Virus record (IMG/VR): IMGVR_UViG_3300031224_000010
From: an uncultured virus (IMG/VR IMGVR_UViG_3300031224_000010)
Lineage: Duplodnaviria > Heunggongvirae > Uroviricota > Caudoviricetes
Length of the DNA stretch: 64,000 bases
Strand: one strand, 5' to 3'
Part shown: piece after piece, positions 36,714-46,407 of the stretch
How the letters are laid out: every line of letters begins with the position of its first letter
Numbering within the stretch: the stretch's first letter is position 1
Notes under the pieces: generated by a model
Told to the model about the DNA's origin: nothing
Database searches by the model: none
Seen by the model: the letters and a program-made list of their open reading frames with translations, nothing else
Position numbers and translations under genes: made by a program

Positions 36714-36967
36714 CCAGCGATCTCCTTTCCGGCCTCCACCAGGTCTGCGGGGTCCATGTTGCGCACTTCTTGTTCTGTCAGCGTGGGAGTGCTGATGCGA
36801 GGAATAAGCTTGGTCACGCTGTCTACGTCCAGGTTCAGCACTTCGGCCAGGCTCAGGCCGCGTAGTTCGCCCGCCATGGGCTTGCGCAGTACCAGCTTTT
36901 CGATCTTATCGCCTTCGCGCTGGATGGGGGTGTCCAGCTGCACGGTTACGCTTTCGGGTTTGCTCAC
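36683..36967 (-). CDS. Tail assembly chaperone (P2 gpE-like)
   Basis: Homologue of 1998-2288. Confidence 0.9.
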   Translation of the reverse strand: MSKPESVTVQLDTPIQREGDKIEKLVLRKPMAGELRGLSLAEVLNLDVDSVTKLIPRISTPTLTEQEVRNMDPADLVEAGKEIAGFLLQKRHKG

Positions 36968-36979
36968 GGGGTTAGCTCC

Positions 36980-37489
36980 TTACAGGCCGATGTTCTGGCG
37001 GTGTTGTTCCAGGCGGTCTACGCCGCGTACTTTTTCGACCATGCCGGGCACGTCGATTTCGATTACGACTTCACCGTTGATGGTCAGCTTGTAGTAGCTG
37101 ACGGTGGTGGTAACGCTCTGGGTGTTGTTGCTGCCAGATTCCGCATCGCCCATGGCGATTTCGCGGTGGCGGCCACGGGCCACGATTTCCACCGGGATGG
37201 TTTCGCCGGTGTCGTCTTGCTGGTAGCTACCGGCAAAGCGCAGCATGTCGGTGTCCAGCTGGCTGGTGCCGAAGTTGTCGAAAATTTCAGGGATTAGCCC
37301 GGCAGGCGTCCACTGAAATTCAAGCTTTTCCATGCCCATGTCGATGTCCACCGGGGCGTTCATACCACCCCCGCGGTACTCTTCCATCTGGCGCACCAGG
37401 GGCGGCAGCGTGAGCGAACCAATCATGCCCTGCCAGTTGTCGCCGTTGCCGAATAAATTGAAGTGCTTGAGCTTTTTCGGAAGTGCCAT
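36980..37489 (-). CDS. Major tail tube protein (gpFII-like)
   Basis: Homologue of 2302-2811. Confidence 0.93.
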   Translation of the reverse strand: MALPKKLKHFNLFGNGDNWQGMIGSLTLPPLVRQMEEYRGGGMNAPVDIDMGMEKLEFQWTPAGLIPEIFDNFGTSQLDTDMLRFAGSYQQDDTGETIPVEIVARGRHREIAMGDAESGSNNTQSVTTTVSYYKLTINGEVVIEIDVPGMVEKVRGVDRLEQHRQNIGL

Positions 37490-37501
37490 TGCTTGTGCTC
37501 C

Positions 37502-39016
37502 TTATGCGTTTACGCGGCTGGCGAAGTCCACCAGGTACCGGTCTGTGATGCGCTGGCGCAACAGCAGGTTTTCCAGCGGCGGCACTGGGGTGTAGTCGTA
37601 GTCGATGTACAGTTTGCCGGCCTTTAGCGTGTCTTTGGTGTTGGCTACGTCATCGAACCATGCGCTGGCATCGATAATCAGGCCCAGGGCTTTCAGCTCG
37701 CGGAACTTGGCGTTGATGCCTTCAATGATGTCTTTCGCCAGCGACGGGTGCATGGGCTTGTCGACGGCGAACATGTGCGCCTCTGCGATTGTGTCAGCCA
37801 GGATTTGCGCGGTGCGGGTGTAGTTCTCGAACTGGAACAGCGGGTCGGCACTGCAGGTGCGTGAGCCCCAAAAGCGGAAGCCGTCGCGCTGGATCAGAGT
37901 GGTTACTTCATTGGCGTTCAGCAGCCCTGCGTCGGTGTTGGGGTCTTGCAGATCCCAGTGCACATCTTTGTTGATGCCGGTTACGCCGTTCACGGCCACG
38001 TTAGACAGGGTTTTATGCCAGCCCACCTGTTGGTCTATCTTCGCGCGCAGGCCCATGGCACGCGCTACAGCGAAGGCGGTGGAAGTGGATGCGGTGTTTA
38101 CGTCGAACGCGACGAAATCTGGCCAGATCAGCATCAGTTCGCGGGCGCCATAGCTGTTGCGATACAAGATGGCGTCTTCGATGACTTCGCAGCCGTGGCA
38201 GCTGGCGTACACGAACGCGCGCAACTTCTGGGCCATGGCGACGGCTTCAGCGGTTACGGCTGGCGTGTCCAGGCCTGGCGCACCGATGATGCGGGGCTTT
38301 ACGCCTAGGTTCTGCTCAGCTGCCAATAGTGCTTTCAGCCCGGTTTTCTTGCCCTGGGCGGTGACGGTGCCGATGACGTTGGCGGTGGTTTCGCTTTCAG
38401 TGGTGCCCTGCTCTACCCGAACCACAACAATGGGCGTGTTGGCCTGGTCGGCAATGGCATCCAGTGCCGCCGGCAGTGTGCCGGTGGTGCCTGCATTGCC
38501 GATTGCTTCAAAGACGTTCGTTACCAAAACGGGGGTATTCAGCGGGAAGGCTTCGTTTTCGCCGCCGGTGAGTTTTTCCCAGCCGGCGGCGCTCACCAGG
38601 CCGGTACCATCATTGCCGGAATCCATCGCAACACTAACGAGGGCTGCCGCTTCGGTGCTGGCCTCGATGGCCGTCATGACTTCTGAGGCAGTGCTGTCAA
38701 GACTGCCGTCGATATCGGTGGCCAGGTTTACGGTGATGTCTTTGCCGCTGACGCTGACAGACAGCGCTGCAGAGTTGGTGCCTGGGTCTACATAGCTAAC
38801 CCGAATACCGTTACCTGCGCTGCCGGTTTCCACTGCGGTGTAAACGATGTTGGCGTTATTGGCGATAGTGCGCAGCGTGACTTCAGCAGCAAGGCCCGTG
38901 AGCGCTTCCGGAGCTGTAGCCACTAGGCCGATGATGGCTGTTGCGACTGTTCGAATGGTGCGAGTGCCTTCGTTAATTTCGAGCACTCGTACACCGTGGT
39001 GATATTGATCGAGCAT
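37502..39016 (-). CDS. Tail sheath protein (gpFI-like)
   Basis: 504 aa from ATG 39016; homologue of 2825-4339. Confidence 0.95.
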   Translation of the reverse strand: MLDQYHHGVRVLEINEGTRTIRTVATAIIGLVATAPEALTGLAAEVTLRTIANNANIVYTAVETGSAGNGIRVSYVDPGTNSAALSVSVSGKDITVNLATDIDGSLDSTASEVMTAIEASTEAAALVSVAMDSGNDGTGLVSAAGWEKLTGGENEAFPLNTPVLVTNVFEAIGNAGTTGTLPAALDAIADQANTPIVVVRVEQGTTESETTANVIGTVTAQGKKTGLKALLAAEQNLGVKPRIIGAPGLDTPAVTAEAVAMAQKLRAFVYASCHGCEVIEDAILYRNSYGARELMLIWPDFVAFDVNTASTSTAFAVARAMGLRAKIDQQVGWHKTLSNVAVNGVTGINKDVHWDLQDPNTDAGLLNANEVTTLIQRDGFRFWGSRTCSADPLFQFENYTRTAQILADTIAEAHMFAVDKPMHPSLAKDIIEGINAKFRELKALGLIIDASAWFDDVANTKDTLKAGKLYIDYDYTPVPPLENLLLRQRITDRYLVDFASRVNA

Positions 39017-39086
39017 GACGCCTCCTGGTGTTTTGCGGATATACGCACATGATGATCGCAGTAGGGTTGATTGCCATGCACAGGAT

Positions 39087-39107
39087 TTGTCTGTTTTGTC
39101 CAAACAA
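39087..39107. promoter_or_regulatory. Putative late-promoter box upstream of sheath gene
   Basis: TTGT-N13-ACAA. Confidence 0.6.
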
Positions 39108-39108
39108 A

Positions 39109-39137
39109 TTAAAGGCCGCTGAAGCGGCGGCCTTTAA
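39109..39137 (-). terminator. Terminator hairpin ending the V-to-DGR operon
   Basis: TTAAAGGCCGC / GCGGCCTTTAA 11-bp stem, T-rich tail on minus strand. Confidence 0.7.
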
Positions 39138-39165
39138 AGGGTTTTAGATAAATTCTCAGCTTACC

Positions 39166-39687
39166 TTAGGCCTCTATTCCAGCACCCTCTTCAAACATCG
39201 CGTCAAGGTCTTCATCGTTAATGCCAAGGGCGATCGCCATTGCTTTAAGCATCGGTGATGTGCGGCGAAATTCACCCGCATCATTCCACGCGTCAACAGT
39301 CAGTGCGTCGGTTTCCGGGTCGTTCATAATCTGCTCAATGGCCTCTCTGTAGCCGTATCGGCGTAGCACAGCGCGGGCCTGAAAGCGAGACAGCACCATG
39401 CCTGCCCGGCGCTTCTCGTTAGCGGCGATCTCAAGCTCTACGCGCCAGGCGTCAACGCCGGCCAGCAGGCTGTCGTGCTCGGCTTTGTCGATCAACGTCA
39501 TGCCTGGCGCCAGGGGCTCGCTTGCGGGCATGGTGCCGATTATGAGTGCCGGTACCAGGCGCCGATCCACTGCGTTGACTTTGATTTGCGGGCTGGGCAG
39601 CTTAGGGCCGTGGCGCAATTTTGCTTCGTTGGCTGGGCGTCCGTCTTGAGCGTCGACGTAATACGCGGTGATGTATTTGTTGCTCAT
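39166..39687 (-). CDS. Hypothetical 173-aa protein coupled to DGR RT
   Basis: ATGA overlap with RT stop; homologue of 4468-4989. Confidence 0.75.
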   Translation of the reverse strand: MSNKYITAYYVDAQDGRPANEAKLRHGPKLPSPQIKVNAVDRRLVPALIIGTMPASEPLAPGMTLIDKAEHDSLLAGVDAWRVELEIAANEKRRAGMVLSRFQARAVLRRYGYREAIEQIMNDPETDALTVDAWNDAGEFRRTSPMLKAMAIALGINDEDLDAMFEEGAGIEA

Positions 39688-40787
39688 GCTGCGATCCTCG
39701 TGCGGTTTGGGGTTTTGACTTTCGTTAGCTGGGCGCGAAAGGATGCGCCGGTCTCGATGGCTAATTGCTTGCGCAGATTGTAGGTGTTGGCGTGCTGGCA
39801 AATGCCCAGGTAGCTGTTCATTCTTGAGGCCCAGGCTTCTGGGTTGTCGTGTCTTTCGGCGCTGTGCGCTACGGCTTTCATGGCATTTGTGCTGCGCCGG
39901 CGAACGTACCGGCGGTGCGGCAGCATCACGTAGCCGCAGAAATTAATACCGCGATAGACGCTGTTTCTTTGCGTTTTATTGGGGTGGAAATGTACATCCA
40001 GCTGCGTCAACGCGAACGTTTTCATGGCCTCAAACGCGTCGTTCAGTTCTGCAGGCGTTTTACCGATCAGAACCACGTCATCGACATAACGCCCGTACCA
40101 GCGCACGCCCAGGTCGCGCTTTACGAACTGGTCCATAGAGTCGAGATAAACGTTGGCGAAAAACTGGCTCGATAGATTCCCGATCGGAAGCCCTTTGTTA
40201 CCACTATTGAAAAGGCTTTTGTGGTGCGGCACGTGGCGGAATTTCCACGCCGGACTGTTCACGATCGGGCGCTGGGTTGGGTCGTGAAACAACACTTGAG
40301 CGGTCAGATTGAGAGTCTCATCGTCGTCTATTCGCTTGCGCAGCAAATTGAACAGAATGTCTTTATCGATGCTGACAAAGAAATTCGCCAAATCGGCTTG
40401 CAGAAAGCAGGCGGGGTGCTGCCAGTTTTCAGTCGCCTTGCGCATGAATCCGTGGATCCGCTCAACCCCTTTCAATGAGCCACGCCCGGGGATGCAGGCA
40501 TAGCTGTCGTGAATAAACCGGCGATAGAAGCGGTCAGACACCCGGTTGTAGATGATGTGGTGCACCACCCTGTCGCGGAACTGAGCCGCCCACACTTCGC
40601 GCCATTTTGGGTAACTGACCACAAATGCGATTGACCGGCCAATGCGATAGGCGCCAGCGTTAAGGTCGCGCATTAACTTCATGAGATTGCGCTCCAGTCG
40701 CAGCTCGAAATCGCACTGTGACAGCGCATTGCGCTTATTTCTGCGGCAATCGTAATACGCTTGAAAGACCTCTTCAACAGTAAACAC
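39684..40787 (-). CDS. DGR reverse transcriptase (copy 2)
   Basis: Identical to copy 1 except the last ~27 aa. Confidence 0.96.
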   Translation of the reverse strand: MFTVEEVFQAYYDCRRNKRNALSQCDFELRLERNLMKLMRDLNAGAYRIGRSIAFVVSYPKWREVWAAQFRDRVVHHIIYNRVSDRFYRRFIHDSYACIPGRGSLKGVERIHGFMRKATENWQHPACFLQADLANFFVSIDKDILFNLLRKRIDDDETLNLTAQVLFHDPTQRPIVNSPAWKFRHVPHHKSLFNSGNKGLPIGNLSSQFFANVYLDSMDQFVKRDLGVRWYGRYVDDVVLIGKTPAELNDAFEAMKTFALTQLDVHFHPNKTQRNSVYRGINFCGYVMLPHRRYVRRRSTNAMKAVAHSAERHDNPEAWASRMNSYLGICQHANTYNLRKQLAIETGASFRAQLTKVKTPNRTRIAA

Positions 40788-40793
40788 TATGAT

Positions 40794-40928
40794 CTCCTGA
40801 CGGCACGCACCCGGTTGCTGTTCGTCTTGTTGTTCCGGTTCTGGTTGCCATTGTTGAAGTTCTGGTTCCAGGCGTTGCTCGCATCGTTCTCCGTCGATGA
40901 CCAGTAGTTGCTGGGCTCGAAAGCGTCG
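40794..40928 (-). repeat. DGR template repeat (TR), copy 2
   Basis: Same sequence as 6096-6230. Confidence 0.97.
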
Positions 40929-41099
40929 TTAAGCTGCTCACTGTCACGTCGCACCGCGGGATATTAAAACCGCCGTGAAACTGGCTTTCGCCTTTTCGCG
41001 GGGCCCGGGCAAGCCGAACCCTGCGGGAGCAGTCCGAGATTATTGGCTCGCCGCGCAAAGCCTTGGCCCTGCGCGTTCTGGCCGTGTTTACCTGAAAAG

Positions 41100-41441
41100 T
41101 CACTTACTCGCCTTTTCCCAGCCGTAGGCCTGACGGCCGATAGCGTCCGTTCGCTCAACCAGCTGGCCGTGCTGTTTTTTACTGATTAACGCAAGGTCGC
41201 AGCAAAGCCGGATGGTCATTTCAACCACTTGAACGGTCTCCAAAATGGCTGAGATTATCGGCCGGCGGCCATCTCGCGCCGCGTTGGCGCGGTACACGTT
41301 GATCACGATGTCCAGGCAATCGGATCTCAACCGCTCGCCCAGGGATATCTTCAGATCACGCGGGAAATTCCGCGTCATCTGGGTGATCAATTTCATGAGC
41401 TCAAATGTGTCCCGATAAATCGGCAATTCTTTCGCCTTCAT
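41100..41441 (-). CDS. avd: Avd-like accessory protein, copy 2
   Basis: Identical translation to copy 1. Confidence 0.88.
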   Translation of the reverse strand: MKAKELPIYRDTFELMKLITQMTRNFPRDLKISLGERLRSDCLDIVINVYRANAARDGRRPIISAILETVQVVEMTIRLCCDLALISKKQHGQLVERTDAIGRQAYGWEKASK

Positions 41442-41476
41442 AGCGAAACACCCCAAATAAAAGTGGAAAGAAAAGT

Positions 41477-43501
41477 TTAAAGTGCAATCCTCCTGACGGC
41501 ACGCACCCGGTTGCTGACCGTCTTGCTGGTCCGGTACTGGAAGCCAATGTTGAAGCGCTGGAACCAGGCGAGGCTCGCATCGTTCTCCGTCGATGACCAG
41601 TAGTGGCTGGGCTCGAAAGCGTCGGCGGACGCGCCTTTGAAGCTTTCACGGTCGGTTTGCGCTGGGTCTCCTGCGGTGTAGCCAGTTTGAGTGGGCCGCG
41701 AATTTGCGTTAGTACCGAAAGTGGCGCCATCACCGCCGAAACCCGTAGTTTGGCGAGCGGAGGTGTTGTTTGCCGTGGTGTCGGGCTTGAAGTTTCGATA
41801 GAGGATTTCAAGCTCGTCGCGGCTTGGCAGGTACCAGTCGGTGTGGCCATTCAGACCCTGGGCCGCGTTGCAGTTGTCTTCAATCCACTTAAAAGCCGGA
41901 AACTGAGACAAGCTATTCAGCGCAAGAATGGCGTTGTGATTTGTGCGGCCGTCGGCCAGGGTCATCGGCGGCACGCCTGCAGTGCCGGTCACAGCCGTGT
42001 TAGCGGTGCGCCAGCTCATTGTTCCGTCGCCCATCTTAACGCTGTCGCCACCGCCGTCCGACACAACAAGGCCGTACGTCTGACCGTCGTAATCTGAGAC
42101 AATTTTGCCCGCGACATAACCGCCGCCGTAGGGTGCGCCGATCTCGGTATCAAAATCAGGCACAAACGATGCAGACGTTGTGATGCTGCTGCCGGCGCCG
42201 CGGGCGGAATCGCCATAGACCGCGCCGTGGTACTGCGGCTCAATAGTGTAAGTCTGGCCTGGCTGCAGGATATCTGCGGGCACCGTGACGCTGGTGAGCT
42301 GCGTTTCAGAGCGGATCACGTCGTAAACAATGCCGCCGGTGCTGTCGCGAATACGCAGTGACGTGGCCACGTGCTCGTCTGTGCCGCTGATTACGTTAAA
42401 TGCGGACAGCTCGATAACCGGCTGCTCAGGTATGTCGGTTGCGCCAGCTGCCGGGCTTGTAACGCTCGGCGTGTCGATGTAGGTGTCAGCGGTACCGAAA
42501 CGGGTGCGGGGTGAGCGCTGCGCCCACTCGCCTTCCACGTTTTCGTCCTGGTACTGCCATTCGTGATCTGAGCCCACGTCTATTGGCGATGCAACCGTGT
42601 GAGCTTCGATCGGATTTTCGTCAAGCGGCGTCTCGTCGGCTTCGTAGACTGGCACGTCTTCGTTCAGTCTGAAGATGTAAAACCGGCGGAGATTTTGCGG
42701 CACGCCGTACAGGGGGTAATAAGGCGAACCGACCAACTCTGGCGTTGCTGTTACACCGGTGGCGGCGGCGGCCGGTGAGATGTTTTCGGGGCGGCGGGTT
42801 ACGCCGATCGGCAAGGCTGTGATGATCGCGACGCGGGAAATAACGCCCATCACGCGCAAGCGCGTGACGTTGCTGGGGATGTTCCAGCTGCCGTCTGCCC
42901 GTGCTGTCAGGTTCTGCCACGCACTGCCGGTCCAATACCGTGCTGCCAGGTTTGAGCCCTGCACGTGCAAATAAGCGCCGCGCTCCATGTCTGTCAGCTC
43001 TGGCGTTGCGTACTCTGCCGGAGCAAGGCGGCCAAGGGTTGAGCCCACAGCGACGGTGCTGGTGAGCGAGCCGTACAGCGTGATGCGCTTATCCGAGAGC
43101 ACTTGACGAACCCGAACGCTTTGGGTGTTTCCAGAGTCAACAATGAAATAGTGCTGGCCAGGCTGAATGCCGGCAGTGCTTACCAGGTCGATGCTGTCAT
43201 CGCCGCCCACAGCGGATTCGATCACAAACTCAGGCACTTGTTCTGCACGCTCAACAAAAACGCGTTGCGCGCCGTATTGAACCAGGGCGTCAAGCCGATC
43301 TGACAGGTTGACAGGGTCACTGCCCAGAATGTCTTCCACCTGGTTCTGGGTTTGCAGGATCAGGGTGCGCAGCCAGTGGTCATTGGCCAGCAGATCGGTG
43401 AACTGCGGGTTCCAGGTGTCCGGATGTGCCGGGTCGGTGGTCTGAATGGCGCGCAGCTCTTCGCTGAACTGCGGGTCGGTAATGGTAATTTGCTGTGTCA
43501 T
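41477..43501 (-). CDS. DGR target tail fibre/receptor-binding protein, copy 2
   Basis: Differs from copy 1 only in the first ~64 aa. Confidence 0.88.
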   Translation of the reverse strand: MTQQITITDPQFSEELRAIQTTDPAHPDTWNPQFTDLLANDHWLRTLILQTQNQVEDILGSDPVNLSDRLDALVQYGAQRVFVERAEQVPEFVIESAVGGDDSIDLVSTAGIQPGQHYFIVDSGNTQSVRVRQVLSDKRITLYGSLTSTVAVGSTLGRLAPAEYATPELTDMERGAYLHVQGSNLAARYWTGSAWQNLTARADGSWNIPSNVTRLRVMGVISRVAIITALPIGVTRRPENISPAAAATGVTATPELVGSPYYPLYGVPQNLRRFYIFRLNEDVPVYEADETPLDENPIEAHTVASPIDVGSDHEWQYQDENVEGEWAQRSPRTRFGTADTYIDTPSVTSPAAGATDIPEQPVIELSAFNVISGTDEHVATSLRIRDSTGGIVYDVIRSETQLTSVTVPADILQPGQTYTIEPQYHGAVYGDSARGAGSSITTSASFVPDFDTEIGAPYGGGYVAGKIVSDYDGQTYGLVVSDGGGDSVKMGDGTMSWRTANTAVTGTAGVPPMTLADGRTNHNAILALNSLSQFPAFKWIEDNCNAAQGLNGHTDWYLPSRDELEILYRNFKPDTTANNTSARQTTGFGGDGATFGTNANSRPTQTGYTAGDPAQTDRESFKGASADAFEPSHYWSSTENDASLAWFQRFNIGFQYRTSKTVSNRVRAVRRIAL
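41490..41624 (-). repeat. DGR variable repeat (VR), copy 2
   Basis: Same sequence as 6792-6926. Confidence 0.97.
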
Positions 43502-43518
43502 GGTTGGTCCTCGTCTGA

Positions 43519-43878
43519 TCAGAACTGTAGGTCTAGTGTCGCGACAATGCTGGTGCCGGAATCCAGCTCCAGCGGGCTGTGAACTCTTCGTGCGGCCAGG
43601 TCACCCTCGGAATCGAACAGGCCGATTTCCCGAATGGACCGCCCCAGCACGCTGTCGCCTTCCAGCGTTGCGCCGATTTTCAGGGTGACGCCATCGGCCA
43701 CGGCGGAATCCACCGCCTGCCGGTGGTCCTCGCTGGCCAGGGCCTGATCGTCTGGGTTTGTTGGCGCGCTCCCGGTGCCCCAGGCCACAGCGGTTATGGC
43801 TGGCACAGCGGTGCCGGCAGCCGCTGCGGCCGCCACCTTCGCCCGGTATATTTCAGTTGCGGGTATCACGGTTGTCAC
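43519..43878 (-). CDS. Small gpH-N-terminal-like tail protein
   Basis: SIREIGLFDSEGDL; homologue of 8818-9174. Confidence 0.68.
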   Translation of the reverse strand: MTTVIPATEIYRAKVAAAAAAGTAVPAITAVAWGTGSAPTNPDDQALASEDHRQAVDSAVADGVTLKIGATLEGDSVLGRSIREIGLFDSEGDLAARRVHSPLELDSGTSIVATLDLQF

Positions 43879-44972
43879 AATCGAATCTCCTTGCGCTGTC
43901 TGCGGTCCCGTAGCACGGCATGGGCGTCTGTCCCGATGGAATTAATGGTTGTCTTTTCTCCCAGCAGCCGAATGCCGTCCAGTGGTGTTTTTCGGACCTG
44001 GTATAGCTGGGAAAGAGCGAGCCCCCAGGTGCCGTCAATGGAGCGGTGGCCGTCGATGATCTCGTTCAGGCCCCAGCTGGCATCCAGCGTGTCGGTTTCG
44101 GTTTCGCCCAGAGTCCAGTGGTTCCGGCTTGAGGCTTGCGCGGCGGCGGTGGTGCGCTGCTTAATCTGTATGTCGATGGTGCCCCAGCCCTGGTCCAGCG
44201 GTTCGCCGGTCGGTTGCTGGCCGGTGAGCTGGTAGTCCCCGCGCAAAGAATTGAAGCCGTCAAGGACTCGAGGGAGGTAGTCGCCGGAAAGGGACTGGCA
44301 CCCCATGAGCTGGCGCGCCCGGTGAACAGGTGCGCCCTCGCAGCCCTGCCAGGACTGCTGCACTGTCTGGGTTAGCGGTGAGACGGTAATTTCTGCAGAC
44401 CAGGTGGCGGCATACTGATACAGCAGCGCCACAAGCTCGGACCTGAGCGGGGCTGCGCTCTCGACGCGGTCCCGGACACGGCGCTGGTCTGCGGCTGTGA
44501 ACGGAGCGTCTGCAATGTTGAAAGCCAGGGCGTACTGAGCCCAGTTGGTGGTGACGACTTTGGGCGGGTTAACCAGGTGTCCGCCGAGAACAGCGGTGCC
44601 ATCGACCGTAAAGCTGCCATCGACATACAGGCCGCCGGCTTCGCGCCAGGCTGAATCCTGCCTAGTGTGCTCCAGGATCTCGACATCACTAAAGCCCAAA
44701 ACCTCCAGGGCTCGGCGGACAGCCCACACGGTTCCGCGTCGGCGGCGAATAGGAATAGCTTCGCTTATGGCGTCGCGCTTAACCTGTTCTGGCCAGTCAG
44801 TGCTCCAGTGGTCGACGCCGGTCGCCCAGCCCAGCCAGGGCAGCATGTGCACGGGCATGCGCTGGGCATCCCAAAGGGCGTCAAACGGGGCGATGGCCGC
44901 TACCAGATCGGCAGAGACTTGCTCTATTCGCCGTTCAAGCGCGGTGGTGTTTGGCGGCAGCAAGCTAGCCAT
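43875..44972 (-). CDS. Tail protein I (gpI-like) with C-terminal repeats
   Basis: Homologue of 9171-10259. Confidence 0.9.
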   Translation of the reverse strand: MASLLPPNTTALERRIEQVSADLVAAIAPFDALWDAQRMPVHMLPWLGWATGVDHWSTDWPEQVKRDAISEAIPIRRRRGTVWAVRRALEVLGFSDVEILEHTRQDSAWREAGGLYVDGSFTVDGTAVLGGHLVNPPKVVTTNWAQYALAFNIADAPFTAADQRRVRDRVESAAPLRSELVALLYQYAATWSAEITVSPLTQTVQQSWQGCEGAPVHRARQLMGCQSLSGDYLPRVLDGFNSLRGDYQLTGQQPTGEPLDQGWGTIDIQIKQRTTAAAQASSRNHWTLGETETDTLDASWGLNEIIDGHRSIDGTWGLALSQLYQVRKTPLDGIRLLGEKTTINSIGTDAHAVLRDRRQRKEIRL

Positions 44973-45870
44973 TCGCCGTCACCTCAATGCTGGAGCAATA
45001 GGGCGCTTCGCTCCGGTCGCCACCTATGTCTGCGGTTGGGCTTAGCAGGGTGGCCCGCTCAACGCCGGGCGCATAAAGCCGGGCCTCCAGTGCGCCCAGA
45101 ACGATTTTTGCACCCAGGGCGTGGCGCTCTTCCACGTATTGCTTGGCGCGGCGTTCGGCCTCAGAAATGACAACGGTGGTATCTGGCCCATCCTGTATTT
45201 CAAGCTCGGCAATCACCTGGAACTCCAGAACCGTGGCGCTGCCCGCCCGAACTGTATCTGTGAGCGGGCGCACGGTGTCTTCATTCAGCGCCAGCTCGAC
45301 GGTAGTTATCAGCTCAGGGCTGGCCTCGCCATCACCTTCACGGGACAAGACATAAACCTGCACAACGCCCGCAATCGGCCGGACGGCTTCGGCATCTTTT
45401 ACGGCCGGGGCGGCGCTCAGTGAGAAGTACCGGTAAGCCTCGCGGCTGCCGGCGGTGCTGAAGGCGTCATGAGCCAGCAGGATACGGCGCAGGTAGTCGG
45501 GGTCGCTTTCCATGGTTGGTGGCGTGGGCGGGTTAGCGTCAGGCTCTCCGGGGTCCAGCGTCAGGCGCTCAGTCAGGTAATAGGTGACGCCGATATGGTC
45601 CAGCTCCGGGCCGGTGGCATAGGCCAGAAGTAGCGACTTCGCGCGCTCATTGTGCTGCTGGCGTAGATTGAGCTCTCGATATGCCGACTCCTCGAGGAAC
45701 TTTGTCAGCGGCTCGCTTTCCAGCGCCAGGGTTTCGGCCAGCTCTTGGCGCTCTGATTCGGGGGTGAGCTCCAAAAGCCTGCTTTTCCTAGATTCCAGAA
45801 TGGTCTCGAAATCCAGCGGGTCGATGATGGTCGGGGCCGGCAGCAGAGAAAGATCTATATGGCTTGGCAC
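44965..45870 (-). CDS. Baseplate protein (gpJ-like)
   Basis: Homologue of 10252-11160. Confidence 0.93.
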   Translation of the reverse strand: MPSHIDLSLLPAPTIIDPLDFETILESRKSRLLELTPESERQELAETLALESEPLTKFLEESAYRELNLRQQHNERAKSLLLAYATGPELDHIGVTYYLTERLTLDPGEPDANPPTPPTMESDPDYLRRILLAHDAFSTAGSREAYRYFSLSAAPAVKDAEAVRPIAGVVQVYVLSREGDGEASPELITTVELALNEDTVRPLTDTVRAGSATVLEFQVIAELEIQDGPDTTVVISEAERRAKQYVEERHALGAKIVLGALEARLYAPGVERATLLSPTADIGGDRSEAPYCSSIEVTANG

Positions 45871-46208
45871 TACACACCTCCCACGGGAACACCGAATGTC
45901 TGCTGTTCGCCAGAGTCTTTGATGGTGGCCCCGATCTCAATGACCGCCCTCCCGCTGGCGTCTACGGTACGATTTACCCGGCTGATCCTTACTCGGGACT
46001 CCCAGAGCGACACAGCGGTCACCGTTGCGCTATAAAGCCGCAGCAGGTTGGCATTATTCAGCGGCTGGTCGATCAGCGCCGGGATGAGCGATCCGTAGTC
46101 ACGGCGCATGACTCTGGATCCCAGCGGTGTGGCCAGAATGTCGGTGATGCTTTGCCGGATGTGGTCGTTACCGGTCAGTGATCGGCCATCGCCTGAGTTC
46201 ATTCCCAT
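45870..46208 (-). CDS. Baseplate wedge protein (gpW-like)
   Basis: HIRQSITDILATPLGSRVMRRDYGS. Confidence 0.93.
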   Translation of the reverse strand: MGMNSGDGRSLTGNDHIRQSITDILATPLGSRVMRRDYGSLIPALIDQPLNNANLLRLYSATVTAVSLWESRVRISRVNRTVDASGRAVIEIGATIKDSGEQQTFGVPVGGV

Positions 46209-46405
46209 CAGGTCACCTTGTAGCTGCCGGCGGACGATCCGCCCGGTACCGGCACTTGTGCGTTCTGCTGAATCTCATCGACCACCGCAGAGGCGATCGC
46301 TTCGGCCAGGCGCTCCACCCAGCTGTGTGGGCCGGCGGCTGTGGCGCCGGCGGCTTCCATTTCGCTGACAATCCGGCCTTTAAGTGCGCTTTTGCTCATA
46401 GCCAT
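46208..46405 (-). CDS. Hypothetical 65-aa baseplate-region protein
   Basis: Homologue of 11516-11713. Confidence 0.75.
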   Translation of the reverse strand: MAMSKSALKGRIVSEMEAAGATAAGPHSWVERLAEAIASAVVDEIQQNAQVPVPGGSSAGSYKVT

Positions 46406-46407
46406 GA

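Larger units (their letters stand above)
39778..43311. repeat. 3,534-bp direct repeat, copy 2 (partner 5080-8613)
   Basis: Constant 34,698-bp offset. Confidence 0.92.
39684..43501 (-). mobile_element. Diversity-generating retroelement, copy 2
   Basis: Target/VR-avd-TR-RT as in copy 1. Confidence 0.97.
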
